Source: Cyanobacteria bacterium P01_A01_bin.123
GTDB taxonomy: Bacteria > Cyanobacteriota > Cyanobacteriia > Phormidesmidales > Phormidesmidaceae
Direction of reading: 5' to 3'
Assembly (NCBI GenBank): GCA_039815185.1
Contig: JBCBZT010000003.1
Location: 32,001-96,000 of the forward strand
DNA length: 64,000 bases
The translations under genes and the position numbers were made by a program. The first letter of the stretch is position 1. Each line of letters starts with the position of its first letter. The notes beneath the pieces are model-generated. The model did no database searches, had not been told where the DNA came from, and saw only the letters and a list, made by a program, of their open reading frames with translations. Positions 1 through 10,698 of this stretch are shown here, piece by piece.

Positions 1-1
1 T

Positions 2-226
2 GAAGCCCAAGCTACCCCCACTGCCCGCTTTGCCGCTGCCCTGGATCGAATTCAGCCCCTGCTGCACAACTACCACACCCAAGGCGGTACCTGGAAACAG
101 CACAGCATTAGTAAGGCGCAAGTGATGAAGCGGATGCAGCCTGTTGAAACTGGGGCTCCCAAGCTATGGCCGATGGTGTTAGAAACGGTCGAAAACTCGG
201 TTGATGAAGGGTTTTTGACGGCTTAA
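2..226 (+). CDS. HD-domain hydrolase (HDDC2/YfbR-like), 3' end only
   Basis: Manual translation EAQATPTARFAAALDRIQPLLHNYHTQGGTWKQH...FLTA*; resembles the C-terminus of HD_3 family proteins; truncated by the window edge. Confidence 0.65.
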   Translation, partial: EAQATPTARFAAALDRIQPLLHNYHTQGGTWKQHSISKAQVMKRMQPVETGAPKLWPMVLETVENSVDEGFLTA

Positions 227-279
227 ACGGCTAGGTTGCATGGGCTTCTTAGCAGAGATTGGGAATTTGAGGTTTGGGC

Positions 280-1809
280 CTACTGCATCCGATCGATAGT
301 GCGATATTGAATTGCCTCAGCTACGTGGTGTGTTTGGAGCGCTGCAGCCGCATCAAGGTCAGCAATAGTTCGAGCCACTTTGAGGATGCGATCGGTGGCG
401 CGGGCGGAGAGACCCAGTTTACGTACCGCGTTTTCTAACAAACTGCGGCTCGACTCATCGAGGGGGCACCACTCTTTCAAATGGCGGCTTTGCATATCGG
501 CATTGCACTGTAGCTGAGTGACCGATTGAAAGCGATCGCGGGCGCGATCGCGAGCTTCTTGTACCCGGTCTCGCACCGCTGCTGACGGTTCCCCCTCCAT
601 TTGGCGGGTCATCTCTTCTGGCTTCAAACGACTCACCACCACTTGCAAATCAATCCGATCCATCAGTGGCCCCGATAACCGCGCCCAATATTGCTCACGG
701 CCACGCGGGGTGCAGGTACAGGGTTGAATCGAATCGCCAAAATAGCCGCATGGACAAGGATTGGTGCTAGCCACCAAAGTAAATTGGGCCGGAAACACCA
801 CTGACTGTCGTGTACGAGAAATAGACACATGGCCGTCTTCCAACGGCTGACGCAGAAATTCCAACACGTCGCGCTTAAATTCAGTTAATTCGTCTAAGAA
901 CAAAACTCCCCGGTGAGCCAAGGAAATTTCCCCTGGTTTTGGGAAACTGCCGCCCCCAACGAGAGATGGGCCAGAAGCAGAATGATGGGGGCTGCGGAAG
1001 GGCCGTTGACTGACCAAAGTGCCTTTATTCTTCAGCAGCCCTGCTACAGAGTGAATTTGGGTGACATCAAGGGCTTCTTCAAAGGTCAGGGGGGGCAAAA
1101 TTGAAGGTAACCGTCGGGCCAACATGGTTTTGCCGCTCCCAGGAGGGCCAACGAAGACAAGGTTATGACCCCCCGCAGCAGCAATTTCTAAGGCGCGCCG
1201 GGCTTGGGCTTGACCCTTAACATCCTTGAGGTCGAGGGAATTTTTAGGCGATCGCACCAGTTCCGCCTGTCCATTCACCTCGACGGGTTGATGATCTTGG
1301 GGTTGGTTCAAACAATCCACCACATCAGACAGATGATCGCAGCCATAGACTACAAGCCCAGGGACTACTGCTGCCTCTTGACCATTATCAGTGGGCACAA
1401 CTAAGCGGGTGATGCCCAGTTTTTTTGCTGCCGCTGCGATCGCTAAGACCCCTGCCACTGGGCGTAACGTTCCGTCTAAAGACAATTCGCCCAAGAACAA
1501 CGTATCGTCTAATAAATCGGTGCTGACCTGTTCAGAAGCCGCTAAAACCCCGATGCTAATGGGTAAATCAAAACTCGGTCCTTCTTTTCGCAAATCCGCC
1601 GGGGCTAGGTTCACCACAATTCGCCGCATGGGAAAAGCGAACCCGGCATTCTTTAGAGCCGCCTTGACTCGCTCTTTTGATTCTTGGACTGCCGTATCTG
1701 GCAGTCCGACAACGATAATGGCTGGCAATCCACCAGAGACATCGACTTCAACCCCAACTCTAACTGCGTCAATCCCAACCAGGGCTGCGCTCCAGCTCCG
1801 TGCCAGCAT
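280..1809 (-). CDS. comM: YifB/ComM family Mg-chelatase-like AAA+ ATPase
   Basis: N-terminal VGLPDTAVQES...VNLAPADLRKEG, Walker A GPPGSGKT, HRGVLFLDE, NPCPCGY. Confidence 0.92.
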   Translation of the reverse strand: MLARSWSAALVGIDAVRVGVEVDVSGGLPAIIVVGLPDTAVQESKERVKAALKNAGFAFPMRRIVVNLAPADLRKEGPSFDLPISIGVLAASEQVSTDLLDDTLFLGELSLDGTLRPVAGVLAIAAAAKKLGITRLVVPTDNGQEAAVVPGLVVYGCDHLSDVVDCLNQPQDHQPVEVNGQAELVRSPKNSLDLKDVKGQAQARRALEIAAAGGHNLVFVGPPGSGKTMLARRLPSILPPLTFEEALDVTQIHSVAGLLKNKGTLVSQRPFRSPHHSASGPSLVGGGSFPKPGEISLAHRGVLFLDELTEFKRDVLEFLRQPLEDGHVSISRTRQSVVFPAQFTLVASTNPCPCGYFGDSIQPCTCTPRGREQYWARLSGPLMDRIDLQVVVSRLKPEEMTRQMEGEPSAAVRDRVQEARDRARDRFQSVTQLQCNADMQSRHLKEWCPLDESSRSLLENAVRKLGLSARATDRILKVARTIADLDAAAALQTHHVAEAIQYRTIDRMQ

Positions 1810-1909
1810 AGTGTTTTTCTAAGATACACCTGGGATTAGCATGCCCCTAGGGTTGCGTTAAAGAACAGCATCAGGGGGGATAATAATTGTGTTGGTTGAG
1901 GTACTGAGC

Positions 1910-2239
1910 ATGCAGGTTCTTTCTGGAAAACCCGTTAATCTTTCGACTTACCAGGCGGAACAGCGCATGGAACAAGAGCGGATGAGCGATGTGCTGCTAA
2001 TGTTAGAAAACCTGATTTTGCGCGAAGAGGCAACCGTCAAAATCATTGTGGACTGCCTCTACGATGTCGGTTCTGTGAATCTAATCAATCAGCGATTTCA
2101 AGCCCGCCCACTGAACCGCCTGCTTAAAGCCATTGCCCGCATGAGCAAGCCCGCATTTCGCTTTTTTGCACTGCGCTGGCTTAAACGAAACTGTCCGCGC
2201 CTAATTACAAAATGGTTGCAGTCTAAAGTTTCATTTTAA
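1910..2239 (+). CDS. Conserved cyanobacterial hypothetical protein
   Basis: Clean ORF (the track opens it at 1889); protein-like DCLYDVGSVNLIN...WLKRNCP segment. Confidence 0.7.
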   Translation: MQVLSGKPVNLSTYQAEQRMEQERMSDVLLMLENLILREEATVKIIVDCLYDVGSVNLINQRFQARPLNRLLKAIARMSKPAFRFFALRWLKRNCPRLITKWLQSKVSF

Positions 2240-5200
2240 AGCTGGGGAACCGCTTTTTGTTCTTCTAGCCAAGCTTCTATTTGATAGTGGTCTAGAGGGT
2301 GCGAAAATAAATAGCCTTGACCGAATTCACACCCCAGCGACTTTAGCTGCTTTAGCTGCTCTGGGGTTTCAATGCCTTCTGCAATGATACAAATATCTAA
2401 GGTTCTTGCTAATGTCGCAATGGCTTGGACGATGCCTAATTTACGCCGATCTTGGGTGAGACGATAGATAAATGAGCGATGAATTTTCAGGATATTGACA
2501 GGCAGTGATTGCAAGTAACTTAAGGAAGAATATCCGGTACCAAAGTCATCAATGCTGAGTTTAATCTGGCGATCGCGCAATTGCTTGAGCGTCTCAATCG
2601 CAAATTTGGTGTTGGTCATAATTGCACTTTCGGTGATCTCAAGCTTTAGACAGTGTTCTGCGAGTTGGGTTTCTGCGAGTACCGTTTCAATTTGTTCTAG
2701 CAAATTGGGTTGAGAAAACTGTTTCCCAGATAAGTTAACACTGATCAAAGTTTGTTCAGTGACGAGACGTTGCTTTTGCCAGGTTTTCATTTGTTGGCAG
2801 GCTTGCTGCAAAACCCACTGTCCCATCGGTAAGATCAGTCCGGTTTCTTCCGCCACGGGGATAAACTTGCCCGGTAGAATTAATCCTCGTTCGGGGTGAT
2901 GCCAGCGTAGCAAAGCTTCAAATCCAATCGGTTGACTATTATTATTTATGTCTACGATAGGTTGATAGTAGACTTCGAGCTCTTGCTGTTCTAAGGCGAT
3001 ACGGAGCTCTGTTTCCATTTGCAGTGAGCTTCGTACCGCTAAGTGCATACCGCCTTCAAAAATTTCAAAGGGTAGGCCTTGGTGTTTGGCTTGATACATG
3101 GCGGTATCAGCATCGCGCAAAATATCATCCGCCCGCTGATAATTTTGGTCGGCGACGACAATGCCAATGCTAGTACTGACAAAAATCTGCTGGGTGCCAA
3201 TGTGAAAGGGCGTTACCAAATGCTCTAGGATCCGATTGGCCACAACAATAGCCGTTTCGCGGCTTTCAATTTTTCGCAACAGCAGCATAAACTCATCCCC
3301 CCCGAACCGGGCAATCCAGTCGCGAGGACGCAAACTGGATTGCAGACGATTAGCAAAGGCTTTGAGCAACTGATCCCCCACTAAATGTCCGAAGGAATCG
3401 TTGATCAGCTTAAATCGATTAAAGTCTAGGAAAAGGACGGCAAATTGATAATTGGTATCTTGTTTGGCTTGATCCAGGGTTTTGCGCAACTGATAGATGA
3501 ACTGACTCCGGTTCGGTAACCCTGTGAGTTCGTCGTGGAAGGCTCGATAGGCCAGTTGTTCTTGGGCTTGGCGACGGCTTGAAATTTCGCGTCTGAGGTC
3601 GGCATTGGCCGATTCGAGTTCAGCTGTACGATGCTGAACTTGGGTTTCCAGGGTTTGATTGAGATCGCGCAGTTGGGTTTCGATTTGTTTCCGGTGGGTA
3701 ATATCTTCTAGCAATAAAACCCAGCCTTCGCGCAGCGTTGACCCAGGATTTCGGAGATCAGCAACCGAGTAAGTGAGCTGCTCTAGGGTGAGCTCAAACC
3801 AGCGATCGCCTCGACAAATCTCTCGATGAACAGGCTGGCGATCGCGGGTCAGTACCGCCAAATCAGCTTGCCATTCATCGGTGGTTATCCAGGTGGGAAT
3901 TAAACTATCCAGCAGCGAAGCCCCAGTCGTGACCTGTAACCAATGCTTCGCCACCGGATTGCAAAACCAAATGGTACCTTGGGTGTCGGCGGCTAGGAGT
4001 CCCAACGATAGATTGCGGGCGATCGCGGCCTGGGTTGATTGGGAGCGGCCAAAGGATTCAGCCAATACTGTCAATCGCTGCATGCTGGGGCTAATCGGTT
4101 CAGCCGCAGTAATGGTTTCTGTCTGCGGAGAGACCTGAACCGAAGGCAGCACCAAATCAGCCTGATAATTTTGCCAAAGCCGATTGATATGCTGTTGCAG
4201 TAGGCGATTCTCACGCAGATTGCGATAGATGACTGACGTGCTACCCGTCATGCCGATTAAGGCTAATGGCTTGGCCAAGGGCAACCAGTAATCCATGAAA
4301 AATAATCCACTAAACACCCCACACCAGCTTGCCCCTAAGGCTAGGATGATTAAAAACTGATTGCGCGATCGCACAGAGACAAGGCACCAACTTAATCCGA
4401 GGGCTCCCAGTATGAGCCCCCCCCAGACCCAGATTCCATTCAGAGGCTTGAGGGGGCGATTGAGCAACAGATTGTCTACTACCGCCGCGTGGAGAATCAG
4501 ATTACTGGTCGGTGTCTCTAGATCGAAAGGGGTTCTGAGGGCATCAATTCCCGTAGCCGACACGCCTACCAAGACAACTTTCTGATGAAATACGCTCTTA
4601 TCGACCTGATCCTGCATCACATCAGCAAAGGAATAGGTCGATAATCCACGAGCCGAGCCGGGCCAGTTGATCCAAAACGTGCGACTTGGATTTTGGCTCA
4701 GCTGTTTCTCAAAGGACGGCTTTGCCATGTCAACCGCCATCCAAGGCAAGGCCAGACGGCCACGCCTCAAAGGCTGAATCGATCGGACGAGGCCATCGCT
4801 GTCCTGCTCATTTTGGTCAATGTGCCCCGTTTCAAGGGCAGCTTGCTGTAGTCCCCCTGGTAGTGCCAGTAATTCCCCAGTTGCATCCCACGCTTCGGCC
4901 AAGACAACTTGGCCAACGTCCTGCATGGCTAGAGCCAATGCCCCATCTTCTAAGGTCGGTTCTGAAAATAAGACGTTAAAGGCAACTACCCTGGGTTCAG
5001 CGGTGTCTAAAATGGTTAGCAGCTCAGCATAGTAATCTCGCGGCCAGGGAAAACGACCCAACTTAGCAATGCTGTAATCGTCAATGGCGATGACAGCCAC
5101 ATCTTCACTCCAGGTTCGTTCCCCACGGAGCTGAAAGGCAAATCGATAGGCACTTTGTTCATAGGGCTTAAAAACAGACAGCTTTGCTAGCCCTGCAACC

Positions 5201-5256
5201 AAAATTACAGTAACCAAGCCTGGTAACAATCGCCATCCCTGTCGATAGAATCGCAC
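2236..5256 (-). CDS. CHASE2-PAS-GGDEF-EAL diguanylate cyclase/phosphodiesterase
   Basis: IAIDD..GRFPWPR (CHASE2), TM helices, HDELTGLPNR, RFGGDEF, FEALLRW, IDDFGTGYSSLSYL. Confidence 0.92.
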   Translation of the reverse strand: MRFYRQGWRLLPGLVTVILVAGLAKLSVFKPYEQSAYRFAFQLRGERTWSEDVAVIAIDDYSIAKLGRFPWPRDYYAELLTILDTAEPRVVAFNVLFSEPTLEDGALALAMQDVGQVVLAEAWDATGELLALPGGLQQAALETGHIDQNEQDSDGLVRSIQPLRRGRLALPWMAVDMAKPSFEKQLSQNPSRTFWINWPGSARGLSTYSFADVMQDQVDKSVFHQKVVLVGVSATGIDALRTPFDLETPTSNLILHAAVVDNLLLNRPLKPLNGIWVWGGLILGALGLSWCLVSVRSRNQFLIILALGASWCGVFSGLFFMDYWLPLAKPLALIGMTGSTSVIYRNLRENRLLQQHINRLWQNYQADLVLPSVQVSPQTETITAAEPISPSMQRLTVLAESFGRSQSTQAAIARNLSLGLLAADTQGTIWFCNPVAKHWLQVTTGASLLDSLIPTWITTDEWQADLAVLTRDRQPVHREICRGDRWFELTLEQLTYSVADLRNPGSTLREGWVLLLEDITHRKQIETQLRDLNQTLETQVQHRTAELESANADLRREISSRRQAQEQLAYRAFHDELTGLPNRSQFIYQLRKTLDQAKQDTNYQFAVLFLDFNRFKLINDSFGHLVGDQLLKAFANRLQSSLRPRDWIARFGGDEFMLLLRKIESRETAIVVANRILEHLVTPFHIGTQQIFVSTSIGIVVADQNYQRADDILRDADTAMYQAKHQGLPFEIFEGGMHLAVRSSLQMETELRIALEQQELEVYYQPIVDINNNSQPIGFEALLRWHHPERGLILPGKFIPVAEETGLILPMGQWVLQQACQQMKTWQKQRLVTEQTLISVNLSGKQFSQPNLLEQIETVLAETQLAEHCLKLEITESAIMTNTKFAIETLKQLRDRQIKLSIDDFGTGYSSLSYLQSLPVNILKIHRSFIYRLTQDRRKLGIVQAIATLARTLDICIIAEGIETPEQLKQLKSLGCEFGQGYLFSHPLDHYQIEAWLEEQKAVPQL

Positions 5257-5550
5257 TGCTTTAAACCCACTCCAGTCCCACTGTGGAAAACCTGAACCGA
5301 CAATGCCTAATGTTCAATCACAAAAGTATGAAGATTCCAGAATAACCTCTGTTCATACTTCACCAACCCACCACTGGTTCAATAGCCGTTAAAAGCTTTA
5401 ATCTCAAGCATAAGACATTGTCCCTAGGCGGCAGAGGAAGGCATCTCTGGGGGTGAATGAGTTTCTGCATCCCTAGTATTGCATGTGTCTTTTATTACTG
5501 CCAGTTGACTCAGCATGTCAATTGGGCCTAGCCTAGCCCTGAAACTCGTC

Positions 5551-7395
5551 TCAAGCAGATTTGCTGAAGTGCTGATTCAGCGCTGAGCTTTCTGGCTCAG
5601 TGGTTTGAATCTGAACAAATTGTTGTGGCGCACCAATCGGAATATCGGCCTGATCGAAGGCGATTTTGAGTCTGCGGCGGTATTCACGGGCAACATCCCA
5701 CTGCTTCAGGGGTAGAGTTTTAATCCAAATGCGAACGGTTGCCCCATAGTGATCGAGACGATCAACCCCCAGGATTAATGGGGATTCTAAAATTAGGTGC
5801 TGCCACGGAGTCTCTTGGGCCATGTCATCGGCCACTTGACGGATTAAGGCGATCGCCTGGTCGATATCTGCCCTGGGGGCAACAGAAACCATCAAGTCTA
5901 CCCGAGACCACTCCTTCGACAGATTTTGCACAATGGCGATTTGGCTGTTGGGAATGGTAATTAACCGCCCTTCTTCGTTGCGGAGCTGGGTAATGCGCAG
6001 GTTCATCGTTTCCACAAAACCGGCTACATCCCCTACAACGATCACGTCGCCGACCCCATACTGATCTTCAAACAGAATTAAAAATCCGTTGATAATGTCT
6101 TTGATTAGGCTTTGAGCCGCTAACGAGATACCTAAGCCAATCAGGCCAGCCCCGGTTAGCAGCGAGGCTAAATTGACCCCCATTAGCGCTAGCCCAGCCA
6201 GGATGCCAAGGGCAATTAGAGTAGAAGCCACGATACTTTTGGTGACCTGCGAAAAGGTGGAAAGGCGCAGAGACACCCGTTGCGATCGTTCTGGGGTGAG
6301 TATGGCTTCATTTTGTAGCGCCAGGCATAAGCGATTCACCACCATATTTCCCAGACGGGTTAAGGCATAAATCACCAAGGCCAATATCGTTAGCCGCAAG
6401 GGGAGTTTTAGCCCATCAACTAATACGGGTTGCAGCCATCGGGTATGGGGGAATAGCCCCAAAACTCCCAAGATGGAGCTGATCCAGAGGCCAAGCTGGA
6501 TCAGCATCAAGCTTCCCCGTTGAATTTCTAGCAAGTTGCGTTTTTGCCGCTGCATCATTTGCTGGCGCAGTGCCGTGTTGATCGGGGTTTGGTCAATGGC
6601 ATTTTGAGTCTGGGCAGTGTTGGCTTCGATCTGCTGCTTGAGATATTTGCGTTTCTGATAGAGGCCGTATTGCAACCGAGTTAATCCGGCACTTAGCAGG
6701 GTTGTCAGGGCTAAAATCCCGATACCGTAGCGGGCATTTTGCCAGAGCATGTCGGGTTGACGTTCTTGCTTGTATCGCAACAGGTTTGATTGCAACAGGC
6801 TGGTCAACTCATTGGCTCGAATCGTCAGATCTTCGAGGCCTTCGAGTTGGGCATCTGCTGAAGTTACCGTCAGTAAGAAATCCCCATTGACATAGATAAC
6901 CGGTTGGTTACTCTCGGATTCAGGCTCCCAGAACACATCTAATGTCTCGGCGGTATAGTCCTGCTGGGCCAAGTCTCGCAGGCGGCGTTCAATATCTTGC
7001 GATCGCGCTTCAGCGGACACACTTGAGTCAGCAACCTGAAACAAAATGCGACCGTCAAATTGGACTGGGGCTGCCTTCACTGCCACCGCGTTCTCGATGA
7101 GGAAGTTTTGGATATCCGGTGGCACAAGCTCTTCGATAGGTTGCTGGAATATAGAGATTTGGGATAGTAAGGGGGATTCTCTACTAGAGGAATCTCTACT
7201 ACCGTAGGTAGCCGGAGATAAGAGCAGCGTCAGACAGCAGGCCGCGATCGCAGCCATGACCAGCTTCGTACGAGTCCACCGAGATTGACTGCATAGGAAT
7301 GGTCGAATGGGTCTTGGCACACCAAGTAGAACAGCTTGTGGCTTCAGAAGTTGGATTGTGGGACGCAAGATCTTGCCCTTAAATGCGGTAATCAA
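5551..7395 (-). CDS. MscS-family mechanosensitive ion channel (start uncertain)
   Basis: GISLAAQSLIKDIINGFLILFEDQYGVGD...NLRITQLR...TIPNSQI. Confidence 0.9.
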   Translation of the reverse strand: MITAFKGKILRPTIQLLKPQAVLLGVPRPIRPFLCSQSRWTRTKLVMAAIAACCLTLLLSPATYGSRDSSSRESPLLSQISIFQQPIEELVPPDIQNFLIENAVAVKAAPVQFDGRILFQVADSSVSAEARSQDIERRLRDLAQQDYTAETLDVFWEPESESNQPVIYVNGDFLLTVTSADAQLEGLEDLTIRANELTSLLQSNLLRYKQERQPDMLWQNARYGIGILALTTLLSAGLTRLQYGLYQKRKYLKQQIEANTAQTQNAIDQTPINTALRQQMMQRQKRNLLEIQRGSLMLIQLGLWISSILGVLGLFPHTRWLQPVLVDGLKLPLRLTILALVIYALTRLGNMVVNRLCLALQNEAILTPERSQRVSLRLSTFSQVTKSIVASTLIALGILAGLALMGVNLASLLTGAGLIGLGISLAAQSLIKDIINGFLILFEDQYGVGDVIVVGDVAGFVETMNLRITQLRNEEGRLITIPNSQIAIVQNLSKEWSRVDLMVSVAPRADIDQAIALIRQVADDMAQETPWQHLILESPLILGVDRLDHYGATVRIWIKTLPLKQWDVAREYRRRLKIAFDQADIPIGAPQQFVQIQTTEPESSALNQHFSKSA

Positions 7396-7597
7396 GTGTG
7401 ATCAAGATGCGGCTTGATCGGTAGGCTGTCTGCAACGGTTTCTACAGAAGAGAACGCGTTAATATAGGTTCCCGCCTAGCATCAGAAGTCGCCTCAAGCA
7501 GGGTTTATAAAATAATGACGATGAGATCCATCCAGGTTGAGCCACCTGAGCAGGCCGAACCCAGGCATAGCTGCCCTTAAAATGACGTGTTATTGCT

Positions 7598-8749
7598 GTG
7601 ACTAAGCTAACTGATTTATCCCCAATTGAGACTGACCGTGTCTGGATGCAGCGGGCTTTAGCACTGGCCAGGCAGGGATTGGGTCGAACCAGCCCCAATC
7701 CCATGGTGGGCGCGGTGGTGGTGCAAGCGGGAGAATCGGTTGGAGAAGGGTTTCATCCGAAGGCGGGGGAACCCCACGCAGAGGTCTTTGCTTTGCGGGC
7801 AGCGGGCGATCGCGCCCAGGGAGCCACCCTCTATGTCAATCTAGAACCCTGCAATCACTATGGTCGCACCCCACCCTGTAGTGAAGCGGTGATTCGGGCG
7901 GGTATTGGTCGTGTCGTTGTCGGTATGGTTGATCCCGATCCCCGAGTTGCTGGGGGCGGCATCGCCCGGTTAAAGGCTGCGGGTATAGCAGTGACGGTTG
8001 GGATTGAAGAAGCTGACTGTCAACAGTTGAATGAAGCCTTTGTCCATCGCGTGCGATATCAGCGCCCCTTTGGTATTTTGAAATACGCCATGACCCTGGA
8101 TGGCAAAATTGCCACGCCGACTGGCCATAGTGCTTGGGTTAGCGGCCCGGAATCGCGGGCCCAAGTGCATCAACTGCGAGCTGAGTGCGATGCGGTGATT
8201 GTCGGAGGAAATACGGTACGCAGAGACAACCCGCTCTTAACCAGTCATGGCAGGGGCGATCGCGATCCGCTGCGGGTCGTGATGAGTCGGCAACTCGATT
8301 TACCCCGAGAGGCTCAACTGTGGCGCACCGATCAGGTGCCCACCCTGGTTTTGACAGAGACTAGCGCTGATCCAACGATGCAGGATGCGCTCGCAACCCT
8401 GGGCGTAAAAATAGCGGCCTTTCCGAAACTAACGCCGGAGGCAGCTATGAGCTATCTTTATGATTTAGGAATCTCTAGAGTGCTTTGGGAATGTGGTGGA
8501 ACGCTTGCCGCCGCCGCGATCGCAGCGGCGGCCGTGCAAAAAGTCTGCGCCTTTATTGCCCCTAAGCTAATCGGCGGCGTCGGCGCCCCTTCCCCAGTAG
8601 GGGAATTGGGTTTATTAAAGATGTCCGATGCGCTCCCCTTGAGCCGCGTGAGTTGGCAGACCGTAGGCAACGATCTGCGGGTTGACGCGTACCTAAACTC
8701 ACCTAATCCAAAGCAGACAGCTCAGACGTCATTGACATCTGAGCCGTAG
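7598..8749 (+). CDS. ribD: Bifunctional riboflavin deaminase/reductase RibD
   Basis: SPNPMVG, HAE, LEPCNHYGRTPPC zinc motifs; KYAMTLDGK reductase domain. Confidence 0.96.
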   Translation: MTKLTDLSPIETDRVWMQRALALARQGLGRTSPNPMVGAVVVQAGESVGEGFHPKAGEPHAEVFALRAAGDRAQGATLYVNLEPCNHYGRTPPCSEAVIRAGIGRVVVGMVDPDPRVAGGGIARLKAAGIAVTVGIEEADCQQLNEAFVHRVRYQRPFGILKYAMTLDGKIATPTGHSAWVSGPESRAQVHQLRAECDAVIVGGNTVRRDNPLLTSHGRGDRDPLRVVMSRQLDLPREAQLWRTDQVPTLVLTETSADPTMQDALATLGVKIAAFPKLTPEAAMSYLYDLGISRVLWECGGTLAAAAIAAAAVQKVCAFIAPKLIGGVGAPSPVGELGLLKMSDALPLSRVSWQTVGNDLRVDAYLNSPNPKQTAQTSLTSEP

Positions 8750-9095
8750 CAGATAGGTAGGATTCGCCTCCTCGACTACGCATGGCAGCCTCTAGCGCTT
8801 GACGCAAATCATCTCGCCCCCGAAAGCTATCGATGCGTTGGATCAAATCACCCCGTTCTAGCAGTAGCAAGGTGGGTAGCGTCGTCAATCGATAAAAATT
8901 GGCCAGCTTCAAGTTTTCATCGGCGTTGACATCAACCAGTTGAATCTTGCCTTCCCATTCCTGTTGGAATGTCATCAAAAGGGGTTTGATCATGCGGCAC
9001 AGCCCGCACCAGGGGGCCCAAAAATTAACGATTACAGGGGTTGGCGCATTCAAGACATCGCGGCTAAACGTCGTTTCATTAACGGACAAAACCAT
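8703..9095 (-). CDS. trxC: Cyanobacterial thioredoxin C
   Basis: FWAPWCGLC active site, typical of TrxC; likely start MVLSVNE. Confidence 0.8.
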   Translation of the reverse strand: MVLSVNETTFSRDVLNAPTPVIVNFWAPWCGLCRMIKPLLMTFQQEWEGKIQLVDVNADENLKLANFYRLTTLPTLLLLERGDLIQRIDSFRGRDDLRQALEAAMRSRGGESYLSATAQMSMTSELSALD

Positions 9096-9225
9096 ATCTT
9101 TATATAAAGGCATAATCAATAAGCTTTGCTTTGGGATCATTGTAAAGCGAAGCCAGGATATAAGGAATAGCTATAGGTCAAATTAAGCGCATTTGTTGGC
9201 GTCTGGTAACAATGCCAACCAATGC

Positions 9226-10017
9226 TTAAATTCCCAGAGCGACTAATCCCCAACCCAAGCCTAAAGCGACTGCTGCGCCGATCAGCGTGTTGATAATATT
9301 CACCAGTTCATTGGTCAGCCAGTCAAATCGATCTTGGAGGGTTGCCCCAATCACGCTTTCTAAATTGGTGGCAATAAAGGCCGCCATCCCACAAATCCCG
9401 ATGCCGAGGGGACTGATTAACCCGACAAGCCAGCCGACCAATGCGATCGCGATAGAGGCTACGATCCCGGCCAGGGTGCCCTCTAGACTGACAGCGCCTT
9501 CGGTGCCGGGGGGGACGGGTTTGAGGGTCGTAATTAAATAGGTAGATTTGCCGTAGACCTTACCGATCTCGCTGGCGCAGGTATCTGAAAGCTTGGTGCT
9601 AAAGCTGGCAACATAGGCTAAACCCAGCAGGACGCTCCAAGTCAGCGCTGTGCTTTCAGAAATGTCACCATAGACGACTGCGATCCGACCCAAGGCACAT
9701 AGTGCACCGATTAGGGCCGATCCCCAGACATTTTCTGGTCCACGGGCACCGGAGCGCTTTTCAGCAATGCCTGCGGCTTCTTTTTGGGCCATGCCTATCC
9801 GCGTCACCGCTGAGCCTGCGATGAAATAGCACAACACCACGGCATAGCCCCGCCAGCCCATGGCTCCCCAAATGAGCACGCCCAATACCCAGGCATGGAG
9901 ATAGCCTGCGGACGTCAATAGTTTCTTGGGGGCAACCCACGCGATTGCCAACAGCACCGTGTTCAGTCCAACAGCAAAGAACCAAGGATTGATAAACAAC
10001 AGACCATCCATAGGCAT
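9226..10017 (-). CDS. DUF92/TIGR00297 membrane protein (VTE6-like)
   Basis: GIAEKRSGARGPENVWGS, KLSDTCASEIGK, GTEGAVSLEGT. Confidence 0.88.
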   Translation of the reverse strand: MPMDGLLFINPWFFAVGLNTVLLAIAWVAPKKLLTSAGYLHAWVLGVLIWGAMGWRGYAVVLCYFIAGSAVTRIGMAQKEAAGIAEKRSGARGPENVWGSALIGALCALGRIAVVYGDISESTALTWSVLLGLAYVASFSTKLSDTCASEIGKVYGKSTYLITTLKPVPPGTEGAVSLEGTLAGIVASIAIALVGWLVGLISPLGIGICGMAAFIATNLESVIGATLQDRFDWLTNELVNIINTLIGAAVALGLGWGLVALGI

Positions 10018-10134
10018 AAGCAGGGTTAAAGCGACCGACTAAAATGAGGCTAATGGTTTTTCGGTTTATCAGCTTCCGAGCTTAGCTCGGGGTATTGGGG
10101 AACACAGCCCATTCAAGCCTGGATTAAAGCTAAA

Positions 10135-10213
10135 CCGCGTCCACATCCAGATCCACAGTTTTTCTTTAAGCTAAAACTCCAGGTTTCAAATCGGATGTGG
10201 TTTATATTCAGTC
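10135..10213 (-). repeat. ~80-bp dispersed repeat, copy A
   Basis: Reverse complement nearly identical to 57693-57771 (CACATCCGATTTGAAACCTGGAGTTTT...GGATCTGGATGTGGACGCGG). Confidence 0.9.
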
Positions 10214-10259
10214 CTATTGTTTCAAATAATGGTCTTTTCCACCTACTCGTTTTGATCCC

Positions 10260-10694
10260 ATGAACAATGTTATTTTTCATCTGGCCTTTCCCGTAGCTAA
10301 CGTGGTTGAAACCAAAGCTTTTTATGTGGATGGCTTAGGATGTGCCGTTGGACGAGAATCCCCCAGCTCTGTAATTCTGAACTTGGCAGGGCACCAGCTC
10401 GTGGCCCACGTCACCCGCGAACCAATCGATCCCCAACCGGGCATCTATCCTCGTCACTTTGGTCTCGTCTTTCGCCAAGAAGCGGATTGGGAAGCACTGC
10501 TGGAACGTGCCCAGCGTCAGGGACTCACCTTTTATCAACCGCCGAAACGCCGCTTTACGGGTTCCCCCCTGGAACACAGAACCTTTTTCTTAGCCGATCC
10601 GTTCCAAAATCTATTGGAGTTTAAGTTTTACTGCCACGAAAGCGCGATCTTTGGCGAAGCTCAATTGGCCCAAGTCGGCGATGCCGTAGGCTAA
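10260..10694 (+). CDS. VOC/glyoxalase family protein
   Basis: FHLAFPV, GHQLVAH, YPRHFG, FFLADPFQNLLEFK. Confidence 0.88.
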   Translation: MNNVIFHLAFPVANVVETKAFYVDGLGCAVGRESPSSVILNLAGHQLVAHVTREPIDPQPGIYPRHFGLVFRQEADWEALLERAQRQGLTFYQPPKRRFTGSPLEHRTFFLADPFQNLLEFKFYCHESAIFGEAQLAQVGDAVG

Positions 10695-10698
10695 TCAT

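Noticed and set aside
7396..7597. FMN riboswitch upstream of ribD
   Set aside because: None of the conserved RFN sequence blocks are present
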